64,000 bases of DNA. Source: Antedon mediterranea (lineage: Eukaryota; Animalia; Echinodermata). Made by a program: the position numbers and the translations under genes. Below are positions 40,001 through 51,390 of the stretch, piece by piece; position 1 is the first letter of the stretch; the number at the start of each line of letters is the position of its first letter. The notes beneath the pieces were generated by a model that ran no database searches, was not told the DNA's origin, and saw only the letters and a list, made by a program, of their open reading frames with translations. The DNA lies in assembly GCF_964355755.1 (NCBI RefSeq), contig NC_092678.1, positions 19,299,365 through 19,363,364 of the forward strand, given 5' to 3'.

Positions 40001-43000
40001 TCAGAAAACACCGGGCTAGGTAGGAGGCATATACGTTCCATGGCGTCTGTGTTGTATGCGAGGTAATAGATACACATCGCGACTCCTGTTGCAGCTACTG
40101 ACGGGCGTGGAACGTTCAGAAGACACTGCACGCCCCCACGTTCTACAAACTCGGATGCAAACTTTTTGTGGCAAAGGAGAGATGCTAAATACTGGAAATA
40201 AAGGATAAAATTTATAACGAAAACAGGAACTAAATACAATGATAACTTTCGCTGAAGAATAATTAATGTGAGAGAAATATGGCGTAATGGTAAGGAATAA
40301 TTTAGCGTGTGAGGGATTAGTTCGAGACCCAGGCAAGATACTAATACTATCATTTTTTTGTCCATTGCCGTCTATTTTGTGTACTCGCATTGCTTTGTCC
40401 TTCAGATGGGACATAAAGTTGTTGGTCCTGTGTACATACAAAGTACATTTGTACAATATACAACATTTCGAGTATGAGATTATTTCCAGGTGTACAAATA
40501 TTAATTTCCAATGGTATACGCAGCACTGCGACTAGTGTGGGTTCGTAGAGGGCGTAATCGAAATTTCTTGAATTGATTAAAAAAATAATATATTACCTTT
40601 AAACCTTCTAATGTAAGACGAACATCTTTTGTTTTCTCAATATTCAGATAGTGGAACAAGATAGATAATATGTCATTTTCCAAAGTAACACCAAGTAACT
40701 ATTAAACACAAAAAAAAAAGATTAATTTTAAAATTCTATTTTGACAAACCAAAATTTATAACTGACCTGACTGACAGTTTCAGTGCCCATTTCACAAGCA
40801 CTTTCTTCAGAGTGACGACTATCTTGTTAAGCAAAACGCTCACCGTTAGATGAATAGAGTACATGAGTAGAGTACAGAGTACGAGTAGAGTACAGAGTAC
40901 ATGAGTAGAGTACAGAATGAAAAACGTTATACACACACCTCTTGGTATTCACCTAAAGGTGTCAAGTATTGTAATATAAATCGTTGCTGCATCACGGGAG
41001 TAAGCGGCCAAATATAATGCGATCCTATCACGTACGTCGATGCCTCTGCCCAACTACTATTACTACACTCGTTGTCAACGCCAAAGCAATCGGCTATCTC
41101 ATCGATGCTTAATCGTCTGGTCCGTGCTTTGATAAGGTCATTGTTTGTTTTTTTATCATCCACACTATCGTTTGTTTCCATTTTTTCAGATGCTACTTTA
41201 CCAGTGTCATCGCTGGTATCTTCTGCAATCGAGTTCAAATGCTTAAATGCTAGTTTGTTTGGAGACGATTCGTTATCGTGACGAAGAGTTTGCAACCTAC
41301 TTAGCATCAACTGTATCTGTGAACGAAAATATTTTAAAAGAGGGAGTGGTTACAGGTACCCTTTACTTGTCTTGAAACGCACAATGGATAGGAATGATAC
41401 TGCACAAACACTTTCAAATTCAGTTGAGGAGTAACAGGTACTTTTCCGATTTATTTTAAAAAAATACTTGCCATTTCAGCATTTTCCTCTTTGAAATTCC
41501 CTGCCAGATCTGTGTCTTCCATGGCTGCGGCCAAGAAGCCAGTTGCATACGACCTCAACGGTTCATCTGCATCACGTGCCCAACGAAGAAATGTAGGAAC
41601 CAAGTTATCCTGCAAATAAAAAAATAAGACAAAACAATTACATAAACAGAACTACACTAATAAAAGCATGAAGATAGGAAGGCCTTAATCTCATAACACG
41701 GCAGACCCAAAATAGCACAATCAGTGGAAGAATAGAAAACTCTGGCAATCTCTATGAAATGGCCATCCAGAAAAACAAGATTGGTTATGTCAGTGAGTGG
41801 CCGAGCGGTTAAGATAGTGAAACCGTAATTACTTAACCTTAACATCGGCAATAGTTCGAGGCTCACTCGCTCCATTGTTCTGGTGGTAGAACAAGTCTTC
41901 TTGGATAAGGACTATAAACCGTAGGTCCAGTTTACATATCCATCTCATGTGTACTTTAAAGAACCTAGTACATCTTTCGAGATGAGTAGGGGGTTACCCC
42001 GGAGTATTTGTACACACACAATCACTGTCACATACAGCCACTGATCATAACTTGGCCCTCTGGGACAACAGTCCTTGACTGAAGAGGCTACAAAAAAAAT
42101 GCTATTTACATTCAGAAACCAGAAAGAAGGTAGATTTTATCATGGAGGAACCTCCATGATTTTATATACTTACAGTTTCATGAAAAATGATTGATGTTTC
42201 CAATCCTGGCATTATGTCAAGAAGTAGCCGACACGCAACAACATTTAAATCCTTGTCTTGTGATTGGATGTAGGACTTCACAAGCTTTAGTATAGATAAT
42301 AAAAATTTAATTTTTTTTACATTAAATAAATTAATTTCATGATGATAAAAAAAAAATAAAACTGATAATGGTTTTTTTTAAATATTATTATTATGCTTTA
42401 ATGTAGGCTGTGGTCATTAGTTTCTTATCCTTGTCTACACTATTAAATGTGAAAAAAACATGACGATGTCATATCACTACCATATTTGGACATATCGCCA
42501 CCATATTTTGACATATCGCCATCATATTTGGGCACATCTTACAAACCTTATCCATGAAGGTATCATTTTCAAAAATGACTTTAAGCAGATGTCCAAGACT
42601 ACAGTCCCGGTCAACACGGGCTGGATGGCGGTCATCAAACGGGTCTGGATCTTGCTTCATATAATTGTCCACTTCAATTTCTATCATCTCGCACATTCTA
42701 AAAATTAATAATATCAGATTGAGAGATATATTAAATATAAATGTTTTTTTTTTTTTAAAGTATCCTGTAATCATAATATGGTACTTCGCCCCAACTATTC
42801 AAACAAATGTGTCCACAAATTACCCCACAAAAATGAACCAAAACAAACTCCAGGCTTAATCCAAAAAACATTTAACCACGGTGAGTGGACGTGAATTCTT
42901 ATGGCACTCATCAATCTTAAATGTTGTCCACATATTAATATTATTGCTGTAATTCATTCTTCGGACTGTGTAGTTCATTTGGGGTAATTAGCCAGACAGA

Positions 43001-43298
43001 AACAAATATAGCAGCCCCTGAGCAATGACCGAAGGGAAAAAAAAGGCATTAAAATATGGTCAAAACTGGCTTAAAACACCCAAGGCCTCCTGAGTTGGAG
43101 GGCCACTTAGGGTTCCTAAACCAGGGCCTCATGTCTCTATGTTATGCCACTGTGCTCTTTACAGCTGCTAGCAGTGTAGACATACTTTGTAAGTGATTCA
43201 ATCTCAGCTGCTGTAGACCCTTGTCTCTGTTGCCATTCATCCATCAGAGACAGAAATTTGGCCTTTACGCTTTTCCTTTCTTCGTCTGCCTCATCCAT
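25003..43298 (-). CDS. DCAF1: DDB1- and CUL4-associated factor 1 (VprBP), about 1423 aa
   Basis: 32 in-phase exons: 43186-43298, 42547-42697, 42174-42284, 41472-41609, 40939-41316, 40597-40698, 39992-40191, 39644-39782, 37942-38154, 37462-37628, 36968-37087, 36742-36844, 36065-36187, 35732-35885, 35073-35150, 34830-34973, 34470-34564, 34021-34197, 33679-33866, 33270-33345, 33105-33166, 32849-32921, 32446-32517, 32173-32229, 31641-31808, 31077-31310, 30370-30463, 29755-29862, 28954-29027, 26352-26453, 25756-25957, 25003-25058 (4272 nt). Hallmarks: [19 protein letters not shown], LisH ([15 protein letters not shown]), [16 protein letters not shown]40 ([17 protein letters not shown]) and an acidic tail. 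An alternative in-frame ATG lies at 43313. Confidence 0.95.
25085..25368 (-). mobile_element. Degenerate tRNA-derived SINE with an L2-type tail
   Basis: Minus strand has a decayed A/B-box head, a CCTTAGACAAGGC core and a TGTACAGCGCTT...TATAAAT tail. Confidence 0.4.
26011..26131. mobile_element. MITE family AGCTCTGTCTACACTATCAAAC copy
   Basis: AAGCTCTATCTACATTATCAAAC ... GTTTGATAGAGTAGACAGAGCT. Confidence 0.75.
26801..28715. mobile_element. Non-autonomous DNA transposon (hAT-like CAG termini), 6-bp TSD
   Basis: TIR CAGGGCTCTATTTA / TAAATCGAGCCCTG, flanked by ATACCC at 26795-26800 and 28716-28721. A solo end of the same family lies at about 17313-17377. Confidence 0.8.
27081..28005. mobile_element. 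Non-autonomous TIR element with TGT...ACA ends (Ginger-like), nested in the element above
   Basis: TGTCACGATAAATATGGTCCGGGGCCAAAATCGGTCCGGC ... GCCGGACCGATTTTGGCCCGGACTGATTTTGGCGTGACA; many GGTCC/GGACC subterminal repeats; flanks GGCC/GCCC. Confidence 0.7.
29143..29620 (-). mobile_element. Two Penelope-like terminal repeat fragments in tandem
   Basis: 29143-29306 has a mutated hammerhead core (CCGAUGA/GGAA). 29372-29620 has an intact core at 29483-29519 with weaker stems. Confidence 0.65.
30464..31076 (-). other. U12-type (minor spliceosome) GT-AG intron of DCAF1
   Basis: Donor GTATCCTTAT; branch-like TTTCTTGAC ending about 12 nt before the exon; no polypyrimidine tract. Confidence 0.85.
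30565..30754 (-). mobile_element. tRNA-cored repeat bracketed by a 43-bp inverted repeat
   Basis: 30565-30607 is the reverse complement of 30712-30754 with 1 mismatch. The interior minus strand reads GGTCTAGAGGTATGAACGCCAGGCTAGTGATCTGGAGGTCGTGGGTTCGAGTCCCAC. Confidence 0.75.
31477..31621 (-). ncRNA. Candidate intronic H/ACA snoRNA
   Basis: Hairpin (ATTTGTA/TACAAAT; TCTATTTAGTC/GACTGAATAGA), then an ACAGTA H box, a second hairpin (ATCTGAGTTC/GGATTCAGAT) and ACA plus 3 nt. 145 nt, sense to the host gene. Confidence 0.4.
33385..33650. repeat. 26-bp minisatellite, about 10 copies
   Basis: Unit AACTCATGAAAATATTCGCTCCATTC. Confidence 0.88.
34232..34391. mobile_element. MITE family AGCTCTGTCTACACTATCAAAC copy
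   Basis: AAGCCTCGTCTATACTATCAAAC ... GTTTGATTGTGTAGAGACT. Confidence 0.65.
38195..38580. repeat. 22-bp minisatellite, about 16 copies
   Basis: Unit CCAGGACCAGAGCAGGRTTGTA; the source of five spurious ORFs. Confidence 0.9.
38616..39497. mobile_element. Non-autonomous element with terminal hairpins and an 8-bp direct repeat (Zisupton-like, tentative)
   Basis: ACCAGTGC at 38608-38615 and 39498-39505; left hairpin GTCTGGgctCCAGAC; right hairpin TACAGACTTGgggCAAGTCTGTA, ending in GGTTA. Confidence 0.5.
41317..41471 (-). other. GC-AG intron of DCAF1
   Basis: The exon ends GAA ATG|gcaagt; only this donor keeps the frame (ENAEM|IQLMLSRL). Confidence 0.8.
41786..42097 (+). mobile_element. tRNA-derived SINE with a Deu/Nin-like central domain
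   Basis: A box GTGGCCGAGCGG, B box GTTCGAGGC, core GGATAAGGACTATAAACCGTAGGTCC...TTAAAGAACC...GAGTAGGGGGTTACCCCGG, A-rich tail. Confidence 0.7.
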
Positions 43299-43899
43299 TT
43301 GTTTACGGAACATCAACTATAAAATAAATTTAAAGGAAAAATAGAAATTAAAAATTATTATTCCCTATGCCGACTATTGATTGAGTAATAATAATTACAT
43401 AAAAGGAGACTAGGCCTATTCTACTATGTTATAGAAAGTATAGCATTTAATTAAAATAAAAAATTGAATCAAGAAAAGTACAATGAATCAAATAAATTGT
43501 TTTTTTTTTTTTCTTAAAATTTGATCTGCCCATATATACAACCACAGACAGTCAGTAGGCTTAGCAGGACCCTTATTATAATTAGATTTAGTTCTGGTAG
43601 GCCTATGCCTTCTAGCTAACCTACAGTAGGTTTTACAAAAAAGGTATGCCTACCAAGGCTAGGCCTACATACCTAGCTGTAGTTAGGGCAGGCCTCTAGC
43701 TAGTTAGACAGTGCAGACCTACCTCTCTAGACCTAGCCTAGCTATAAAAAATATGTATTGTAGGCCTAGATTAGAACAAATGGGCTATTACATTGAAAAT
43801 CTAGAACGTTTACTGATTTATTTACTATTTAAATTATAAGATAACTCTTTCACACGATCTGTTGAAATCAAGGTTAGGCCGAGTAATATTCTCAGCAAG

Positions 43900-44324
43900 T
43901 CTGTTTTAATTTGGGTTTCAGTTAACTGTTTAGGCCTCGCCGAGCACAAAAACAAAACACATGCTGCCAAATCGCAATCGCGACACACAAGATGTAAGCG
44001 TTGCCATGTTATTTCATATTTTGTTATACAATACGTTACACGGTAGGTCGTACGTACATAGATACAAGTTGACAAATTGTGTATTATTTTAATTATTTTA
44101 TATTCTGAAATATCTATTTTCTTGCTCTGTTGGTTGGATAGGCTATTTTTTAAATTAACAGTCTATATATTATATTGTATATATTTTTTCTTTTTCTGGC
44201 AATTGTAATCAGTTTATAGTTATGTAATCCGTAGTTTCGCCTCCATTGTATTTGTGCGATGGGTAGTGAGAGGTAATAAATTATCATTATAGGGAAGTAG
44301 GTTACCTTTTACCTGGTAGCTGTT
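43900..44324. promoter_or_regulatory. Probable bidirectional promoter between DCAF1 and MSRB3
   Basis: Divergent genes whose first coding ATGs are about 1 kb apart; the DCAF1 ATG exon has an acceptor, so it needs an upstream exon here. Inferred from layout only. Confidence 0.45.
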
Positions 44325-47300
44325 ATGATTAGATTGCTGCGTCATCATGCTTTATTGCTCCCGGAACATTCTACATTTATTAAAGCGGTTTCAGTGTTCA
44401 TACTCGTTCTATACAGCCAACATCAACCAGGCCATTCCTGTGAACTTCTATCATCATCAGCAGACAGCGGTAGCGGCGGTGCGTTGCTTATCCTCCTCCA
44501 ACTTTATCATCACAACTGACAGGCTAGCCTTATCTAACAGAAGAATTGTCAATCGACGCGTTTTTCGTAAGCTAAATTATACGTCTAATATGTATAGACG
44601 GGTCTTTGACGTAACAATAGTGAAATTGTGAAAAAAAAATGATATGTCTGTTGAATTGAAAAGTTGTCGTTGACTGTCAAGTGTCAGGAGCAGGAGGAGA
44701 AAGACCCATTTTTCAATCAACTCCATTCCAACCGCCCCTCTCCCTCTTTGGCCCTTCTCCTTTCCCTCTTCCCAACTCCCTTCCAAAAACGGTCCGCTGT
44801 ATAATAGTGGTCGTGGTATGCTGGATATTGAATTGGGGAAAAAAATCCACTTTTTTATGTTGTTTTTCTTCTTTTTTTGTAGGAAACTCAGAAAGACATC
44901 ATTCCAGTAAAATGTCGTTCAGTAAGGAGGAATTAAAGACTCGTTTGACACCACAGCAATATCATATTACTCAAGAACAGGGTACAGAAAGGTAAGTTGA
45001 TTCCAAAGAAAAATAAAATCATGTTTTATTATGTTTCAATAATGCTTTAAAATGATGAATGAATTATATAACAATCTTTACACTCTGTGCTTGAACAAAA
45101 TAAAAAATTATGTTAACTTTTTGGCTAACCCTTTCTCTTTCTTTCTAGAGCCTTTAGTGGAAAATATTATAAGTTAAAGGACGATGGAACATATACCTGT
45201 ATCGTTTGCGGCTCGGAGCTTTTCAGGTGAGGTAAAACCTGTGGTGTACATTACCATTAATTGAAAAACCAACCTGGCATAAAATAGAATCTTTCTGTCT
45301 ATAAAACATTGAGTATTCGGAAGAATTTTCCATAAAAAAATTCTGAAAATTGCTCAATAATATCTTAGTATTTTAACCTAGTTTATACTATTAAAAAAAG
45401 GTTGAATATTAAATTGTTGTAGGCCTAGAATGTTCTCATTTTTTTGCCGATTCATTTCAGTTTCCTGGCGTAAGTTTATTTGCTTAGTAATAGTGCCTCA
45501 AAGTCAATGAACTCTTTTTGTAAAGTAAAAAAGAAAACAATTAACAGTTTTGCCTGAAATTCATTTTTTAAATTCTATTTTTTTAACAGATCAACTGAAA
45601 AGTTTGACTCTGGATCAGGTTTGTGTGCATTATTAATATTGCTATTATTTATTCTTTATTTTGAGAAGACTTACCTTATACTGTACCACTAAAACCATGG
45701 AGCTAGTGAGCCTTGAACCCTAGCCGGTGTTATGGCTACATATATACGGTTCCACTATCAAAACCGCTCAGCAACTAACTTGCCAAATTTACTAATTGTA
45801 ACTCGCTATCAATAAACAACAATATAATATTGATTTTCATTCTAATTTTACAGGGCTAATGACATAATAAATAAAATAACAAACATTTGAATATAAATCT
45901 TATTGTGGGAAAAAATAATATGAGCAATGCTTCTATTACATTATTTTAGTATTGTTTTCCAGTAGCAAATCCAGGATTTAAAAAAAAAGGCACCTAAAAA
46001 TGTTGAAATGAATGTCTTATATTTTGCATTTACAATTTATTTACGAAACAGTTTACAGTTTGATGGAAAATGCCCTATTTTAAATGTATTTATTTGCAAA
46101 ATAGCTTTCCCACAGGTGTCTACCAAATTAATTCTGCATTCCCATTCTTTTTACGAGATCCTTATAAGTGTTAATTAAAGTCACTAACTCAAAATATTTA
46201 TTTATACACGCAAAAATCAGAAAATATGACTTTTTATTATGATAATTTTTTTAGGGTGGCCCTCTTTTTACGATGTCCTAGACAAGGCTAATGTGGAATT
46301 GAAGACGGACACGACTTTTGGAATGATCCGGACAGAAGTTAAATGCCAAAAGGTAATATTGTACTAGCCCATTACGCCATTTTTCAGCTCCAAAAAAAAT
46401 GGCATGTTTTACCTCCAATATCAATTAAAAAGAACAGCAAATTTGTATTGTAACACAATGACAATCCAGTCAAATGGTAGATAAATATTTGCATGTTATT
46501 GGTCAATACTATTAATTGTGATTGGTCAATACTATTAATTGTGATTGGTCAATACTATTAATTGTGATTATTTAACACTTGCTCTGCATACCAGTGTCAA
46601 ATTTAAAAAGTTTGATAAAGCCCCGATTTATCGTTTGATAAAAGGAAACTATTTCGAGCGCCGATGGTAAAAAACTTCATAAACTATACCTGCATTTTTT
46701 ACGTTTTGGAAAAATAATGTATATACCTTTGAAAACATTAAACCAGGTCATTTTGTTGTGTGTTCTCATGTTAATTATGATAAAAAGAGAAAAAACAATG
46801 CACTACTATTAAAACTAGATTACGTCGAATGTTCTCTCGTCTCTAAATTAAATTATTAGAATCAACTTATTTTTTTAACCAACCAACAACAACATTTATT
46901 TCGAAACAGTTCATGAAATAAAATTATCATACATTAAATTAAATTACATTTTAAATAAAAATGGTAACATTAAATAAGAACATTTTTAACAGTTTAAAAG
47001 AAAAAAAATGATCGCAATATGTCCATGTAGTGTAGTAGTAGTAGCTCGCGTCGAATGTTCTCTCGGAGACATCTCTAAATTAAATTATTAGAATCAACTT
47101 ATTTTTCACATTTTTAACCATCAAGACAAAAAAATTATTGCAATAGTTTAATATAATAATATAGATTTATTTTTACATAAAATGTAGTGTGTGACCTTAA
47201 ATTAGGTTGAAAAAACGTAGGTCTAGTGTCTTTAAATAAAAACGTAATTACATTAAGCATCAACAACACTTCTTGTAAGAAGCCCCTAGTTGCAGCCTCA

Positions 47301-48792
47301 TGTCTTAATAATTCAACACATTCATTACAAATTGGTATTCAGAAAGTACTTTCATAATCATAACCTCATTGTTTATTAATCGGTTACCGTAGCAACTCGC
47401 TAAGGCAATCAAATGGGAATAATCTGTCTTAATTAAAGGATGATTCCCACGAGCACGGATTGAAGTTGCTTTAATGAACGTTAATATAAAGATGACACTA
47501 CTGTCAAGTGGAAACAGGAGTATATTTGTACATTATACTTATAAAAACGGTTATTAGCAAAAAACTGAAAAGCCTTTCATTCATTCACATTTATTTTACT
47601 CATCGTTTACAAATATAATTTCAGAGCATAAATGATGGCAAAGATCCTGCATAGAGAAGTTTACACCCTTTTACATAAAAAACATAAAACAATAAACACA
47701 ACATAATAGATATAAAATAAAAAAAGCATTTCCTATATACATATTCAGTTTATTACTTCCAGTACGTGAATTCTTCCTTTTTATATATTATAGCCTATTT
47801 CGGTTAAAGATGTATTGTCCTCCAAAAACATGAAAAATGAAGATTAATTCAATCAGACTTTGAGTGTGTTATTTTGTAGTTTTAATAAAGTTAATCACTT
47901 CCATAGAAAAAAAAGGGTTTAAAAAATTACATTTTTTCAGGTACAGTAAATACATTTTTTTTTTTATCCAATTTTTGGTCAAAGTGGATTTACTATTATG
48001 TTACATTAAAATGGAATATTAAAAAAAACATTTTTTTAAGAATTATTTTTCAGGGGGACAATACATCTTTAATATGTAAAGATATATTGTCCCACTGAAT
48101 ATTTTTTTTCTTGATTTACCATATAATAATTATTCACTTTTACCAAAAATTGGATTGAAAAACAAATTTTACCTGAAAAATATGTAAGCAAAATATATTC
48201 AATTTAATGTATTGTCCCCCTGAAAAATTATTTTTTTATATTTTTTGTTGAATATTCCATTTTGATGTTGCATAATAGTTATTGACTTTGACCAAAAGTT
48301 GGATCTAAACAATTATTTATTTACCTGAAAAACTGTAATTTAAAGCACAAAATATTCATTATTTGTTGTGTTGTTTTTTCCATGGAAGTGATTAACCTAA
48401 AAAATAACCTATTCAAAATCTGATTTTAAAATATTAATCTTCATTTCTAATTTTTTTGGGGGGCAATACATCTTTATACAAAGTCTTCTATTACACTATC
48501 CATACACCAGTTGATCATGTAACCCAAGTACTGGTGCCGCGACCTTTGAGAGAGAGAGGTGTGAGAGTTTTCCATGTTATGTTAAAATATATATTGTATA
48601 ATAATGTATTAATTATAGTATTTTGTCATATTTTTTTGATGTGTTTTTACCTGATTTTGTTGTTTGCTCTTTTAGTGTGGAGCTCATCTCGGTCATGTGT
48701 TTGATGATGGGCCTAAAGTGACCGGAAAACGTTACTGCATCAACTCCGCCTCCTTAGACTTCAAGGCCAAAGACAAAAAGTCAGAACTTTAG
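44325..48792 (+). CDS. MSRB3: Methionine-R-sulfoxide reductase B (MsrB3-like, Cys-type, Zn-binding)
   Basis: Core exons 44883-44991, 45149-45226, 45590-45618, 46255-46352, 48676-48792: [65 protein letters not shown]-terminal KSEL. The first exon is either 44325-44478 or 44347-44566 (both phase 1); an internal Met lies at 44912. Confidence 0.92.
47804..48476. mobile_element. Two adjacent TTAA-type MITEs (Kolobok-like)
   Basis: TTAA|AGATGTATTGTCC ... GGACAATACATCT|TTAA (47808-48068) and a second, inverted copy at about 48080-48473. Confidence 0.75.
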
Positions 48793-50116
48793 ATAAATCT
48801 ATTGACATTTAAAATTTCAATATTTATAATATAGTAAACAATTTATATATTTATTATAGAATTTACTGTGATGATAAAAATATAGTTAAATGTTTTGGTG
48901 TGCTTTTTACACTACATTTCCAAAGTTATGTGAAACGGTGCCTGATGTTGAAACGAGAAGGTGCTATAGTATGAATTGAAAGATTAGGTCATCCTAAATT
49001 GTAGTCTAGGTTCTTAATATTGATACAAAAATATTTTGGCACATTTGACGCATCATACCTACAGTATGCTTCAGACTACACAAAAATCATAAAACCTGTT
49101 ACTAGTGGCACTCCATAAAGGAATACTGTTAACTTAAAACGACAAATAACTAAAGACTACATGGATTCGGTATCCGATACTGTAACGAAATATATTGTTG
49201 AGTCAACCGTGATTTTGGTGTGTTTTCCACAAAAAAATTATACTGAAATATTTTATTTTTGATTATTCAATTTTTTATTAGGAAAAATAAATCTTGAAAA
49301 AGCCCTAGTTCTCCCCCCCCCCCCTAAAAAAAACCCCATAGTTTTGTGAATAAAATGAATGGGAAAGTGCCTTTGAATTATTAATTCCATAATTTTGGCT
49401 TTAACTTTTTCGGTTTCTATCCTAACTATAATTATCAATTCAAGTTTATTTTTTATGAAATATTAAAAAAACAATATGATTAATATATTGCCAAGAAAAT
49501 AATAATGTATGTTAATCAAACTGTGTCACTATTAACATGAAATTATAATTACGCACAATTATATAATTGATTCTTGGTATAGTATGTCCAGTATCATCAC
49601 ACACTGCACATATGAGGCCGTAAGCCTAAACTAATCTTGCCATGATACATATGACACATGTGATAGATATTTGACACTATAGCATTTCCTATGATAACCT
49701 GGACATAAAATGCCATATGTGGATATGCAGTACAGAGAATCATGTGGTTTATATTGAATGTATGTCTTACTTGCCTTTAAATATTTTCTAATAATAGTAA
49801 ATAAATATTTATTATTAGTAAATAGAACCCCTCCTAGGGGAAATCCATGTGAAGAGGAAATTCCTACAGTATTAAGGGGAAATTCCTATTTTGGGGAAAT
49901 CCCTGATAAGGGGACAAACAAGAGGCAATACTTATGTTTTAACACTGTACAGCCAGGTACCCCTATTCATAGAACACCCAATAAGAAGGGGACACTTGTA
50001 GGATAAATTTAGTATCCTCTAAATAGGTTTTGTAATGTACTCAACGTGTTGGTAGTCATTGAGATATTAAATGCACCATAGTTTAGTATAAATGTCTTAA
50101 GCTCTGTCTACACTAT

Positions 50117-51390
50117 ATTCATATATTCCTATTCATTTATTATCCAGAAAAATAAAACAATAGTACAAAAACCATAAAATACATATAACAAAAACAAGCA
50201 GAGAAAAACGCAGGACACTATCCTGGCAGATTGTCAAAAAGCAAAAATATCGCTATAAAAGACTCTCCTGATAGCGCTGGTGGCAAAATAACATTATAAA
50301 TAAACATGTCTGTGATATATACCGGAATCTCATCCCACATCCGTGGAAATGAAATAAAAACAGAGTAAAAAAAAGCATTAGTACGAGACTTCTCATGTCT
50401 GAAAACAAGTTTCTCACTTCTACGTTCAACAGGTTTAGGTAGCAAAGCACCATCAATTAGGATATTTGTACAGAGGCACTTCACAACAAATTTAACACGG
50501 ATGAATTTAAGTCTATTATAAATCGTGGGTAATTTTAGAGTCTGTAACCTTTGTTCGTATGACGGCCGCATGTCATAATCGATGTGAAAAAAACGTGGGA
50601 AGCATGATCGTGTAAAGCGTCTCTGAACAGATTCAATCTGATTGATGGTGCTTTGCAGAAATGGAAACCAGACAGGTGAAGCGTATTCAAATACAGGCCT
50701 AATGATAGACTTAAATAATTTAGGAAAAACGGTCTGATCATTGGTTCGAACAAAAAAATGAACAAAAACACACCTTAATAAATTTATTGCATTTACCAGT
50801 AGTCAGAGAGATGTGTTTATTCCACTTTAAAATTCAAATCTTTATTTTGCTCGCTGACATTTCTTCAGTTGCATCTGAATCTGAGTCGCTCACACTCACA
50901 GTTTCCTCATTTCTGTGCTGCAACTTTAACTTGCTCGCTGACATTTCTTCAGTTGCATCTGATTCTGAGTCACTCACAATTTCCTCATTTCTGTGCTGCA
51001 ACTTTATTTCGCTCGCTGACATTTCTTCAGTTGCATCCGATTTCGAATTGCTTACAGTTTCCTCATTTCTGTGCTGCAACTTTATTTCGCTAGCTGACAT
51101 TTCTTCAGTTGCGTCTGAATCGGATTCATTCACAGTTTCCTCATTTCTGTGCTGCAACTTTATTTTGCTCGCTGACATTTCTTCTGTTGCATCTGATTCA
51201 GAGTCTTTCACAGTTTCCTAATTTTTGTGCTGCAACTTTATTTTGCTCACTAACATTAGGACAGTAGGCTCATATAGTACTGTATGCAATTCGCTCCACG
51301 ACCACCACATGTGATGTCTTCGATTAGATTACTGTTATGCAGCTGCACGTGCGTATGACAGAGGAACTCTCACAGCATAGAGGACTTCAA
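50117..51390 (-). mobile_element. CR1/L2-group LINE remnant inserted into a MITE
   Basis: Minus-strand peptides LKWNKHIS, KLFKSIIRPVFEYASPVWFP, IESVQRRFTR, SYEQRLQTLKL, RMWDEIP; GAAT-like tail; ACTAT duplicated at 50112-50116 and 51391-51395, splitting a MITE TIR. Confidence 0.8.
50835..51255 (-). repeat. 78-bp in-frame tandem repeat (about 5 copies), SDSESDATEEMSASEIKLQHRNEETV
   Basis: ORF 50834-51211; unit lengths are multiples of 3. Confidence 0.85.

Noticed and set aside
48676-48792. Selenoprotein MsrB1
   Set aside because: The catalytic codon is TGC (RYCINS) and there is no in-frame TGA.
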